Virus record (IMG/VR): IMGVR_UViG_3300017971_000185
Span: 433,195 to 497,194 of that record
Direction: 5' to 3' (one strand)
DNA length: 64,000 bases
Part shown: positions 28,301-36,851 of the stretch, piece after piece
How the letters are laid out: each line of letters starts with the position of its first letter
Numbering within the stretch: the first letter of the stretch is position 1
Program-made: the position numbers and the translations under genes
Notes under the pieces: generated by a model
The model's database searches: none
What the model saw: the letters and a program-made list of their open reading frames with translations, nothing else
What the model was told of the DNA's origin: nothing

Positions 28301-29925
28301 GCGCCACAGCACGCGCGATGGCGGCACAGACGTTGATCGCAGACCCGTTCACGATCGGCGGACAGAAGGTCGGCCAGGTTGCTCTGGACGACGCTGGAAC
28401 CCGTCAGCGAGGGCTCCAGGCTTTCGAGAAGTACCAGGAGTTGCCCCAGCAGATGAGGACGGCTGCTGCCTCCCAGATTCAAGAGCGGCTGGAGAACGTC
28501 GATCCCGAGAGCCCCGAAGCCAAGGAGCTAAACCGCATCCTCGATGGCATCGCCCTGGCTGCGCTCGTTGATGAACGCGAGGAAGACAAGCTGCCGCAGA
28601 TCCCGGGCCGCGAAGTGAATGAGGGATTCGCGGAGGTTGCGCGAGCGATGGCGAAGGCGGGCAAAATTGACTTGTTACTAGGTCCCGTCGAGGATTTCTA
28701 CAGCGCGGAGGGCCAGAAGTCGGTCCACTCTGCGATGCAGAGCCTCGATGACGCCAACCTGGCTCGGTCCGTCAAGGACACCATGCCGGGGATGGATGAG
28801 TACCTCGTAGGCACCGAGGAGACGCCAGCGCTCCCAGAAGAGAAGAAGCGGCATTTGCGCCAGGCCATCATCGACATGGCCGTAGACAACATGACCGTCG
28901 TGGACCGCCTCATCCGCTCCCGACTGGAAGAAGCCGGAGAGAAGAAGAAGGCCCGAGACGCCAAGTATGTGGCCGAGACGGCGCGAAAAGCTACTGGAAA
29001 GTCTTGGTGGCAGAAACTCATCGAGAAGTACCTAAAACCGGATGTTCCGATGGCGCAAACTCGGACTTCCTCCGGTAGTTTGAAACTTCCAGCGTGGACT
29101 CTCCGAGATGGAGAAAGGGTCCGACTGGCAGATTCAGATTCTCCCGAGGAAAGCCCTGTTTTGGACATGCGGTTGGAGTATTTGCGGGCTCTCAACGACT
29201 TTGTGACCAAAGAAATTGGGAAGCCTTCAAAGTCGCATGCAGACCGCGCAATTCAACGATTCTTGGAAACGAAGAACCCGAATTTCCTCCGATCCGAACC
29301 TGAAACTCCAGAAGGAGACTTTGAAAGTGCGGAACGGAAGAAAGAGGGACGAAATTCTCGTTTTTCGCTTGATAGTAGGCACGTATTAGCAGCGGGGCAG
29401 CCTTCTGTCCGCGCTGTCGAACCCTTTTTCGTCTCAAAGAGAGGAAAACAAATGTCAACGCTGACTCGTGAGGCTGCCCAAAAGGTCACGGATGACCTTG
29501 ATCGTATTGCCAATCTCTTCCAGCACAATCACGAATCCCTGGGGGTTCCGCAGAAGATTGCGCTCGACTTTGCCTATCGCTGTGATCTGCTCTCCGACGA
29601 GATTGGCCGTCTGACCGGCCAGGAGAAAGAGGCGTACCAGCAAGGCACAGGAGAGGGTACAGCGCCAGGTTCCGACGACAACACGAACAAGGGTCCGTCG
29701 CAGCCGTTCAACCCTGCCGAGATCGGCAAGCAGGACAACACGCCCCCGCAGACGGAGCCCGATGAGCCTTACATGAAGGGCAACTTTCTCCAGAAGGAGT
29801 ACAACGAGCTTCGCAACTGGCAGGAGCAAGGGTTGTTCTCCAATGCGAAGGCAGCCTCCGTAGTTGCCAGCCGGATGATCGCCAAGCTTCAGGGGCTTCA
29901 AGCTGCACTTGACGGCGCCGAGTAG
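25354..29925 (+). CDS. DNA topoisomerase IB catalytic domain fused to a long charged helical region
   Basis: Catalytic set ERPGN (R), YVGKSG (K), AKDLR (R), VGH (H), SQY (Y) within the first ~270 aa. Confidence 0.82.
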   Translation: MSDYSVLQVAALYRASQDTKYKGKKVVKNQDGEDTTVYEYSERQVALRDKDKAERIQKLRQRRSDLIKKVKSDLKSKDDKTRLTALAVALIDHTYERPGNEDSADDGHFGVTGWLKKHVTFSGNKATLSYVGKSGVKQKKIVNDAAAVKLLKEITKGKKPDEQILTTDDASITAKDINAYLPEGITAKDLRGLHANEEMLGQLKKVRSKGSKLPKARTERDRILKDEFNRALKETAEIVGHEPSTLRSQYLVPHLEDEYRKDGTVLTNLDKTAAAPKFRNYEEAMAWVKKKSREYGGKNKFLSSDEYREAYPVIKRLSDKAKSEARKSLRGDAERAMKEVGVRFGDRVEWHQVGPFMTVDVFTGTVVDKKGIPYVKLDRPVQGKRTVRWHKGFRRVAAKTAAEVGTDTGTIYAISPEMLHRVVSRSVWRDAADEVWNEGVPADFSALWERMSREIREHGGAVLSPGGDGRWDVTIPEAAPHLQEQGLLPPYGTPEFGREATKSKAEKEEEQIRKLLRPDPKKKPPRHDLRKHRIEEEDEDLKGDRADEDKDRSLNYKHVAALYLQAWQKAKSEEAAKKLFDQYKEKNPDTEKTWQEFLEDPEPKEKKPEEEKSKKDKAEVGEEGEKLWKDIKDEPPPDKGKKPSPDAEAVARKKIVKDTVKGVADSLKSNIAGASLPPAVRKEITTALENMDAEQIKTFNSALQSYGSRAKTLAIDGPKAVQKAERALEDLADYDFAGALKADELAQKVVEQAHANAVIKKDKQKQRGKKRKVTDSIDKMQEVVRDLSGDSKYVIPKKVKDVLKKQLEGMEEEKYEDVIGAVERHLHLMQQEENLDAATALAPAEASLEEFEERIDEMDDPHAKGDQIAEAIQATRVVQRHEQREKAKHQANKAAVSSTARIFGTKEVPSDVMDKLGPALEGLDLEEKEKYVEAVQAEYRDIKNRIETDPATGAQRIPPLLLRESMEALEKPSYEGSPEDIGRATARAMAAQTLIADPFTIGGQKVGQVALDDAGTRQRGLQAFEKYQELPQQMRTAAASQIQERLENVDPESPEAKELNRILDGIALAALVDEREEDKLPQIPGREVNEGFAEVARAMAKAGKIDLLLGPVEDFYSAEGQKSVHSAMQSLDDANLARSVKDTMPGMDEYLVGTEETPALPEEKKRHLRQAIIDMAVDNMTVVDRLIRSRLEEAGEKKKARDAKYVAETARKATGKSWWQKLIEKYLKPDVPMAQTRTSSGSLKLPAWTLRDGERVRLADSDSPEESPVLDMRLEYLRALNDFVTKEIGKPSKSHADRAIQRFLETKNPNFLRSEPETPEGDFESAERKKEGRNSRFSLDSRHVLAAGQPSVRAVEPFFVSKRGKQMSTLTREAAQKVTDDLDRIANLFQHNHESLGVPQKIALDFAYRCDLLSDEIGRLTGQEKEAYQQGTGEGTAPGSDDNTNKGPSQPFNPAEIGKQDNTPPQTEPDEPYMKGNFLQKEYNELRNWQEQGLFSNAKAASVVASRMIAKLQGLQAALDGAE
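29452..29925 (+). CDS. Probable in-frame internal gene (MSTLTREAAQ...)
   Basis: AGAGAGGAAAACAA-ATG RBS/start; preceded by an AT-richer linker. Confidence 0.55.
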   Translation: MSTLTREAAQKVTDDLDRIANLFQHNHESLGVPQKIALDFAYRCDLLSDEIGRLTGQEKEAYQQGTGEGTAPGSDDNTNKGPSQPFNPAEIGKQDNTPPQTEPDEPYMKGNFLQKEYNELRNWQEQGLFSNAKAASVVASRMIAKLQGLQAALDGAE

Positions 29926-29934
29926 GCGATCTGC

Positions 29935-30468
29935 ATGGAACGCAGGTCAGACGATGTGAATTGGCAGGAGACCACACGGGAATTCACCGTGGGGGATTCT
30001 GTCAGGCTATTCAACGGCGAGGATACCGATGTAGGCCGCGTCGTTGCCGTCTGGCCTGCGATCGGAATGCTCGATCTGCAATTTGCCACGGGGTGGACTC
30101 GTAAGCCGGTCGAGGATGTGGTCCGGCTGGACAAGTGGACTCCGTATGCGCCGCCGAAGACCGAGCACAGTCAAGTTCCAGGCGGTGCGGGTACGGTTCC
30201 TGTCAGCGCAGGCCCGGCAAACAAGCAATCTAGCGTGCGCCGGGTTGCGGAAGCATACGTCAAGAAGGCGCTCTATTGGGCCGCACGAGATCGCCAGTAC
30301 CGACCCACACAAGAGGAGATTGAGACTGGCGAATACATCTGCCCACGATGCAAAGGGTCGATGGGGATGGCTCGCTACAAACGACGCAACGGCATCACTG
30401 AAAGGCTTCTGGCCTGTCATAGGTGTCTCTTCTTGATCAAACCAATGGACGCCGGGTTGGAGGGCTAG
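29935..30468 (+). CDS. Hypothetical protein, SH3-like N-terminus and CxxC..CxxC zinc ribbon
   Basis: FTVGDSVR..GRVVAVWP; CPRCKG..ACHRC; RRVAEAY motif. Confidence 0.6.
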   Translation: MERRSDDVNWQETTREFTVGDSVRLFNGEDTDVGRVVAVWPAIGMLDLQFATGWTRKPVEDVVRLDKWTPYAPPKTEHSQVPGGAGTVPVSAGPANKQSSVRRVAEAYVKKALYWAARDRQYRPTQEEIETGEYICPRCKGSMGMARYKRRNGITERLLACHRCLFLIKPMDAGLEG

Positions 30469-33400
30469 GTGGCTTTCCTCAAGTACGCATACGCTCAGAC
30501 CGTCGAGCCCGCCATATCGGGACGCGGTTGGAGCAAGATCCGCACGGCAAGCGGCGGGTCTGATGCGAATTTGGTCGAGAAGGCCAGCGAGATCCTCGGG
30601 GAAAACTTCGACCCCCATCGGTATCTGCTGACACACGCCACGATCGTCGCGTCCGTGGACGTGGAAGAAGTCCCGAACGTCAAGCTCGGGTCAGTCCTCG
30701 ATCCCAACACGGGACGCCGGATCAACCGGAAGTGGACCGACTACCGGGTCATACCTGAGTGCGACAAATTCATCAACAACAACTGTTTCATTCCTGGGAC
30801 GCTCATCACAATGGCAGATGGCACGGTCAAGGCCATCGAGGACATCTGTGAGGGGGATGAGGTTCTGACGCATCTTGGTCGGCCGAAGCGAGTGACGGCC
30901 ACGATGCGGCGCGATGTCGTTGAGGAATTACGCGAGATCAAGCCGCGAGGAACAACGGAGCGGCTGTATGTCACGGCAGAGCATCCGTTCTATGTGTTTC
31001 GTGAGAACGCATGTGTGAATTGTGGAAGCCCGGCGCGGCAGCATGTCTCATGGAATGCACGCTGCATTTCGCATCTCATAGGGAAGTTTTACTGTTCCAG
31101 CGAGTGTTACTACGCGAAGCGGGTTCCGAAGCGCGAATTGTTGGAAGAGAAACGGGGAGAGTTTGTCGAGGCGAAGGATCTGACAGACCGCGATTTCACT
31201 GCTTCTCCCGTACTGAGAGGTGCAAAGGATGTTGGGCTGACGCTTGGGCAAGCCCGTCTGATTGGATTGTTCTTGGCGGAAGGCTACTACGAGCAGGATA
31301 GTAGAAACGATAATGAGCGAGTTGGGGCGATCTGGGCTTTTCACAAAGATGAAGCTCCTACGCTCGCGCGGCTCGTTCGGGATCTCATGAAGCGGGAGTT
31401 TGGGGTCGAGTGTGTCATACGGCCCCACAAGAACGACAACGGGATTCATGTCACGACAAGGACCCATCGTGACGCGGCGGCCTTCTTCACCAAGTGGGTT
31501 CGCGGAAGTGGATCTAAGACAAAGACTCTCCATCCTGATCTGCTGTTTGCTTCTGCCGACATACAAATGGAAATCGCGCGGGGGTGGCTGGAAGGAGACG
31601 GGTGTTTTCAGGACACACGCACTGAGAAAAAGCCTGGTGATATCCGGCTGACTGGCGATACCTCGAATCGTTCCCTTGCCAGTCAGATGCAGATCATCTT
31701 GCAGCGGCTCGGGATCTCTTCCCACCTGACACGCATAGAATCGCCAGGACGTAAACGGCTGATCGTTGATGGTGAAATCAAGATTGTCAACGATCCCGAG
31801 AAGCCGCGAAACGTATCGTGGGCGCTTGCTTGCGGGGGTGCTTGGGTTGAAGATCTCGTGCAGGATACGGTGTACGAAGAGCCGTATCTTGCAGCCGTCG
31901 AGGAGCGCGGAGGACTTCAAGCTGCGCCCAAGTTGCGCTTCTTGAATGGCTACCACCTGCAAATCATCGAGAACCTCGATACGATCGCTTACGCGGGCCC
32001 TGTCTACAACTTTGATGTTGAAGACGACCACTCGTATGTTGCTAACGGTGTCGCTGTTCACAACTGTGATGCTTGGGCTCGTCCGGTGTTGATGAAGTCG
32101 TACCGGACGTTCATCGGGGCACAAAACTTCTGCGAGCACTTGCAGAAGGAAGAAGAGTCGAAAGGCCGAATCATCGATGCCGTGGCTCGCGATATTGGAC
32201 CATCAGTCTACATTGACATTTTGCTCGCGACGGATCGTCGGCACACAGGTCTCGTGAGGGACATCGAGTCTGGCAAGATGAGCACTCTGAGTATGGGGTG
32301 CTTTCTGGCCGGGACGCAGGTGTCGTTGCAGGACGGCCAGCGGGTGGCGATCGAGGAGGTGGTCCCAGGGGATATGGTGCTGACCCACAAGGGTCGTTTT
32401 CGCGAGGTGCTCAACACGCAGATTCGGACGTATCGAGGAGAGTTGCGTCGGATCAAGGCGGTTGGGGTTTCTTCTACCATTCAGGCGACGGCGAACCATG
32501 GGTTTGAGGTTTTGCGGGCTCCGAAGACGTGCGCTTGTGGGTGTGGAGAGCCCCTTGGGGAGACAAGCTCTATAACGCGCCGCACGACACGTCGTTTCAA
32601 ACGAGGCCACGACAAACGGATCTACAACCCCAACAACACCTATTCGCTGGCGGAAGCCCGGCGGCGGAAGCAGCAGATTACTGATCTCAAAGCGCTTCGT
32701 TTCGAGAAAGTACGAGCGGATGAGCTTGAGGTTGGTGATTTCTTGTGCTTTCCCAAGGTTCGATTTCATCTACAGACTAAAGGCTGGACGGTTGGCAAGG
32801 CAAGGCTGGCTGGCTATTTCTTGGCCGAAGGTTCCTATCTCAAACACAAGGGTGAGCACGTTGAAGTGCAATTCAACTTCTCCATGGAGGAGAAGGACAC
32901 TTATGTTCGTGAGGTAGTCGAGCTTCTTAAGGAGGAGTTTCCCGAGGCTAACGAACCCTGGGTTCAGGACCGGCCTAGTCGGAACACCTGTGTGGTCCAC
33001 ATGACTGGCCGTGATGCCGTGGCTTGGTTCTATAAACACTGCGGTGAGTATAGCCACGGCAAGCGGGTGTCGTTTGAGGCGATGCACGTACCCGCGGAGT
33101 TACACCGGCATCTTGTTGGCGCCTGGATCAATGGTGATGGCACGTTGGGTAAGGACAACAAGACGCTTTCGGGGACGACGACTTCCTATGCCTTGGCGTG
33201 TCAGTTGCATCTGCTATTGACGCGATGCGGTGTTTTTGTGCGGATGGAATGCGCGCAAAATGGAAGAGCGATCGAGCTTGCGGAGGCTGTAGGCGCCGGT
33301 TGGATGCCCGATCCTGAAACGGGTAAGCGTCCGGCCATTACTCTCGCGGTTGGGCTGTCCTCTGCACAACAGCTTCGGGGGTATTCTGACAAGGTTGGCC

Positions 33401-34584
33401 GTCCGTCAGAGGCACAGCAGCAGCTTCGTGTTTTAGATGACCATGTGGTTTTCCCCGTCACCTCTGTTGAGTCGGGCTGGTACGAAGGGCCGGTCTACAA
33501 CATGGAAGTAGAGGAGGACCACACCTATGTGGTTGAGGGTGTGGCAGTTCACAACTGTTCGGTCACCGAGACGATCTGCACGAAGTGTGGAAATGTTGGC
33601 GCTGATGAAACAGAACTTTGCAATCATGTCCGATTTGAGAAGGGCAACTACTTCTACGATGACAAGGGCAACAAGCACAGAGTTGCTGAGCTTTGCGGCC
33701 ACCCCACGCTGGCCAACGGAGGCGTCAACTTCATCGAGGCTTCCTGGGTCGCAACCCCGGCCTTCGGTGGCGCTGTCGCTCGGAACATCCTGACGCCCAC
33801 GGGCATGAGCCCAGAGATGCTTCGCCAGGCTCAGAGGGTTCTGAGCGAGCCTCCGCCACAGTGGCTCGATGGGCTCGCGAAAGCAGCCAGCAAAGAACCA
33901 CCGTCAGACTTCAGCGAGGCTATCCAAGTTTCGCAAGCCGAGTCTCCCGCGAAGTCGCGGACTCGGGTTAGTGACTACTACGCTCCCGATGGTCCCGGAG
34001 CCATCATCGGAGAGCCCGGCAGTGCCCCAGAGGAGATTCTCGGATTCGACTTTGGTGACGATGAGGGCGGCGGCGAAGAGGAGAAGAAGCCGGAAGAGAA
34101 GCCGGAAGCGGGCCCGCTGGACCAGCTTACCGATGCTGTCTACCAGCAGGTTCTCGACCGCGTGACTCAGAAGGTTCAAGACGAGTTAGCAGGGCGGGGG
34201 GAACAGCCTTCCGTGCAAGAGCCTGCAAATTCGACTGGCGAAGACATCATCAAACAAGCCGCCCACAAGCGTGCGTATCGGCTGGGAATCGAGGCCATCG
34301 TGAAGTCGGCCTCAGGAGACGCCCATCTGATTGACGCCGTTGCGCGATTCAACTCGCGCATGGGCGTGAAGGTTCCCAGAGCGCTCTACATGGCCGCTCT
34401 GAGTTTAGGGCCGCTATCCAAACACGGCTCGATTGAGGAGTGGGCTGTGAATGCTCACAGCGCACTCAACCGTACACCGTCCTTGGGAGAGACCAAGACG
34501 CTTCTGCGCCTTGGAAAACTTCTCGATCAAATGGCGGCTTTCACCAACCACAACCACAAAGTCGAGGAATCTCGCAATGGGTAA
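30469..34584 (+). CDS. Prohead (maturation) protease with two inteins; ~525 aa after splicing
   Basis: Spliced LSMG-CSVTETICTKCG..LCNH..FIEASWVATPAF resembles Zn-finger-type prohead proteases; lies upstream of scaffold and MCP. Confidence 0.78.
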   Translation: MAFLKYAYAQTVEPAISGRGWSKIRTASGGSDANLVEKASEILGENFDPHRYLLTHATIVASVDVEEVPNVKLGSVLDPNTGRRINRKWTDYRVIPECDKFINNNCFIPGTLITMADGTVKAIEDICEGDEVLTHLGRPKRVTATMRRDVVEELREIKPRGTTERLYVTAEHPFYVFRENACVNCGSPARQHVSWNARCISHLIGKFYCSSECYYAKRVPKRELLEEKRGEFVEAKDLTDRDFTASPVLRGAKDVGLTLGQARLIGLFLAEGYYEQDSRNDNERVGAIWAFHKDEAPTLARLVRDLMKREFGVECVIRPHKNDNGIHVTTRTHRDAAAFFTKWVRGSGSKTKTLHPDLLFASADIQMEIARGWLEGDGCFQDTRTEKKPGDIRLTGDTSNRSLASQMQIILQRLGISSHLTRIESPGRKRLIVDGEIKIVNDPEKPRNVSWALACGGAWVEDLVQDTVYEEPYLAAVEERGGLQAAPKLRFLNGYHLQIIENLDTIAYAGPVYNFDVEDDHSYVANGVAVHNCDAWARPVLMKSYRTFIGAQNFCEHLQKEEESKGRIIDAVARDIGPSVYIDILLATDRRHTGLVRDIESGKMSTLSMGCFLAGTQVSLQDGQRVAIEEVVPGDMVLTHKGRFREVLNTQIRTYRGELRRIKAVGVSSTIQATANHGFEVLRAPKTCACGCGEPLGETSSITRRTTRRFKRGHDKRIYNPNNTYSLAEARRRKQQITDLKALRFEKVRADELEVGDFLCFPKVRFHLQTKGWTVGKARLAGYFLAEGSYLKHKGEHVEVQFNFSMEEKDTYVREVVELLKEEFPEANEPWVQDRPSRNTCVVHMTGRDAVAWFYKHCGEYSHGKRVSFEAMHVPAELHRHLVGAWINGDGTLGKDNKTLSGTTTSYALACQLHLLLTRCGVFVRMECAQNGRAIELAEAVGAGWMPDPETGKRPAITLAVGLSSAQQLRGYSDKVGRPSEAQQQLRVLDDHVVFPVTSVESGWYEGPVYNMEVEEDHTYVVEGVAVHNCSVTETICTKCGNVGADETELCNHVRFEKGNYFYDDKGNKHRVAELCGHPTLANGGVNFIEASWVATPAFGGAVARNILTPTGMSPEMLRQAQRVLSEPPPQWLDGLAKAASKEPPSDFSEAIQVSQAESPAKSRTRVSDYYAPDGPGAIIGEPGSAPEEILGFDFGDDEGGGEEEKKPEEKPEAGPLDQLTDAVYQQVLDRVTQKVQDELAGRGEQPSVQEPANSTGEDIIKQAAHKRAYRLGIEAIVKSASGDAHLIDAVARFNSRMGVKVPRALYMAALSLGPLSKHGSIEEWAVNAHSALNRTPSLGETKTLLRLGKLLDQMAAFTNHNHKVEESRNG
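30784..32064 (+). mobile_element. LAGLIDADG intein 1 (427 aa) in protease
   Basis: N|CFIPGT..; PVYNFDVEDDHSYVANGVAVHN|C; LIGLFLAEG and ARGWLEGDG. Confidence 0.92.
32299..33555 (+). mobile_element. LAGLIDADG intein 2 (419 aa) in protease
   Basis: G|CFLAGT..; PVYNMEVEEDHTYVVEGVAVHN|C; LAGYFLAEG and LVGAWINGDG. Confidence 0.92.
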
Positions 34585-35962
34585 TCGTCAACGACTGACC
34601 TGGGATAAGGGAGCCGCTGCATCGGACAAAGAAGCGTCCCCGCCACCGCAAATTCCGGCCAATGACCGGACCGAGAAGTCCGAGCATCCGGCGGCACAGC
34701 CCGATCCCGACTACGCGAAATACAAGGAAGGCGACCCGTCTGCCTGGGCCGAGGACGTACATCCTGGTCCCTACGACACGGCCGCTGCTCCTGCAACGCC
34801 CGGCTACAGAGAGCCAGCAGACCACCCGGCCGCCAAACCCGGCAAGCCCATGAGTGCGTCTGACCAGAGCGAGGAGGAGATTCGCAGGGCCACCGAGTTG
34901 AAGGCGGCGAAGTGCATTCGCGTCGCTGCCGTGATGCTCGGCGATGTCCCCGAGGGCGTCGATGAGGAAAAGCATGTCCTGGCCATCGAGAGCCAGGCTC
35001 TCGATCTCATGGACCTTCCCGACGATCACCTTCAGTCGACTCTGGAGCGTCTCGGAATGGCCGACGATGAGGAATCCGACAAGGAAGCCTCCATGGACAT
35101 CACAGCCCGTCTCGACAGGCTTGAGTCTGGCCTGGAGCGCATCGCAGAGAAGATGGGCATCGCCGGCAATCTGTTCGGCCAGATGGATGAGCCGATCATC
35201 GAAGAGCCCATGGAGGAAGACCTGCTGGAGACTCCACTGGAGGAAGAGGACGCGATGCTGGAAGAGATGCTGGCTCAAGATGAGCCGGTAGTCGAGGAAG
35301 ACGCCATGCTGGAGGAGATGCTCTCCCAGGATGACGACGATCTCGATGACGACGAGGAAGAGATGCTCGCGGCCATGCTCTGCGGACGTACCGCGGCCGA
35401 CGAGGAGGAGGAAAAGGAAGAGGACAAGGAGGGCGGCAAGAAGGCCAAGAAGGGTGAGGACGATGAGGATGAGGAGGCCGATGAGGACAAGGAGAGCGCC
35501 TGCAAGAAGGCCGAGGAGGAGGAGAAGAAGGAGGAGAAAGAGCCCGAGGAGAAAGAGGCTTCCCTCGACATCCAGCTTGAAGACCCAATGGGCCTGATGG
35601 ATACGTCAGCCCCAGACAGCGACACAGATCTGGAGCTTCTCTACCGCACTGCCGAGGACGATGAGGACAAGGGCGGCAAGCCCGAAAAGGGCAAGATCCC
35701 TTCGCAGTTTGAGAAGAAGGACAAGGACGAGGAAGAGGGCAAGAAGGAAGAGGACAAGGCCGAGGAGAAGGAGGAAGAGGCCCAGGATGAGGGTGAGAAG
35801 GAAGGCGGCAAGAAGAAAGGTACTGATCTCCGTCCGCAGCCGAAGGAGCCCAGCACAGGGGCTCAGGCTCTCGGCACCGTCCAGAAGTCGGCGTCGAGCG
35901 AGGTCAGCGATCTCAGCAGCCTGTGGGAGCACGCTCCCGACGTGTCCTCAGTGTTCAAGTAG
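34577..35962 (+). CDS. Acidic scaffold-like protein
   Basis: GAGGA RBS, ATG 34577; very E/D/K-rich; lies between protease and capsid genes. Confidence 0.65.
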   Translation: MGNRQRLTWDKGAAASDKEASPPPQIPANDRTEKSEHPAAQPDPDYAKYKEGDPSAWAEDVHPGPYDTAAAPATPGYREPADHPAAKPGKPMSASDQSEEEIRRATELKAAKCIRVAAVMLGDVPEGVDEEKHVLAIESQALDLMDLPDDHLQSTLERLGMADDEESDKEASMDITARLDRLESGLERIAEKMGIAGNLFGQMDEPIIEEPMEEDLLETPLEEEDAMLEEMLAQDEPVVEEDAMLEEMLSQDDDDLDDDEEEMLAAMLCGRTAADEEEEKEEDKEGGKKAKKGEDDEDEEADEDKESACKKAEEEEKKEEKEPEEKEASLDIQLEDPMGLMDTSAPDSDTDLELLYRTAEDDEDKGGKPEKGKIPSQFEKKDKDEEEGKKEEDKAEEKEEEAQDEGEKEGGKKKGTDLRPQPKEPSTGAQALGTVQKSASSEVSDLSSLWEHAPDVSSVFK

Positions 35963-35970
35963 GACTTTCG

Positions 35971-36027
35971 CCTACCTGCCCTTTTCATCGAGGGCAGGTA
36001 GGTAATCGGGTTCCACCATCGGTGGAA
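35971..36027 (+). promoter_or_regulatory. Two stem-loops upstream of the decoration/MCP genes
   Basis: CCTACCTGCCCT/AGGGCAGGTAGG 12-bp stem and TTCCACC/GGTGGAA; no U-tract. Confidence 0.5.
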
Positions 36028-36156
36028 TGACTATACGCACCCATATAAGTATCGGAGCTTGGTGAGGGTTGGTCTTTGACCACCATTCTGGGGGTCGCCC
36101 CGTCAAGCCGCAATCCACCAAACCTGTGAACAGGGAGCAAAAGGAGCCATAGAAAA

Positions 36157-36837
36157 ATGGCGTTGCTTGGACAGGCGAGTGGTGGTTTCACGGAGTCGTC
36201 CTCGGCTCTCCGAATTCTCCATGTGGGTGTGCGTAACACCGTGGGGGTTCTGACCGAGGATAGCTTCACGCAAACCAACCCTCCCGTAACTACGGTGGCT
36301 GCTCAGATTTCCACTCAGTGCGATACGTCAGTGCTGGGTGTTCTGTCTGGGTCGGTCGCTTTCACGCGCGTTGACGCGGGGGACAACTTCATCGGTGGTC
36401 CCGTTGAGCACGGTCTTGGCAATCAAGCATTCCAGATCAAGCCGGTCGGATGCTTCATCAACACCGCGGTCGGAAACGCATTCGAGAATCAGCCCGGTCC
36501 CGCAAGTGGGAAGGGCCCCTACGTCTCGGCTCAGGGAACCTACGGGAATGCCCTCTTCGAGAGCCAGGTCATCGAGGCAGCTACCGTTGGTGGTGGCGTC
36601 CTGGCGGCCGGTACGGACATCGTCTACTCGACTGGTATGCGCCTGTTTGCTTCACGCAACGGGTACTTGCAGCCAATGGAGTCGGCGCAAGCTGGCGCTG
36701 CAACCTCGTTCCTGAACGCGGCCCACTCGGTCGAGATCACGAACGGCATTGTGGTAGCAGATGTAACCCTCATCGGCATCCTCAAGATGCCCCCTGACGC
36801 AACCATGAATGAGTTGGTCTACGACCAGCGCATCTAG
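36157..36837 (+). CDS. Putative head decoration/cement protein
   Basis: Immediately upstream of MCP; small-residue-rich, beta-type composition. Confidence 0.55.
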   Translation: MALLGQASGGFTESSSALRILHVGVRNTVGVLTEDSFTQTNPPVTTVAAQISTQCDTSVLGVLSGSVAFTRVDAGDNFIGGPVEHGLGNQAFQIKPVGCFINTAVGNAFENQPGPASGKGPYVSAQGTYGNALFESQVIEAATVGGGVLAAGTDIVYSTGMRLFASRNGYLQPMESAQAGAATSFLNAAHSVEITNGIVVADVTLIGILKMPPDATMNELVYDQRI

Positions 36838-36851
36838 GGGAGGACAAAACG

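Noticed and set aside
34577-35962. E/K/D repeats in the scaffold as a distinct repeat element
   Set aside because: Ordinary low-complexity coding sequence of an acidic scaffold protein
347-36050. CCTAT-based late promoter consensus (near 349, 4747, 17761, 36031)
   Set aside because: Spacing to the downstream TA element is inconsistent (10-14 nt); cannot be supported without motif statistics
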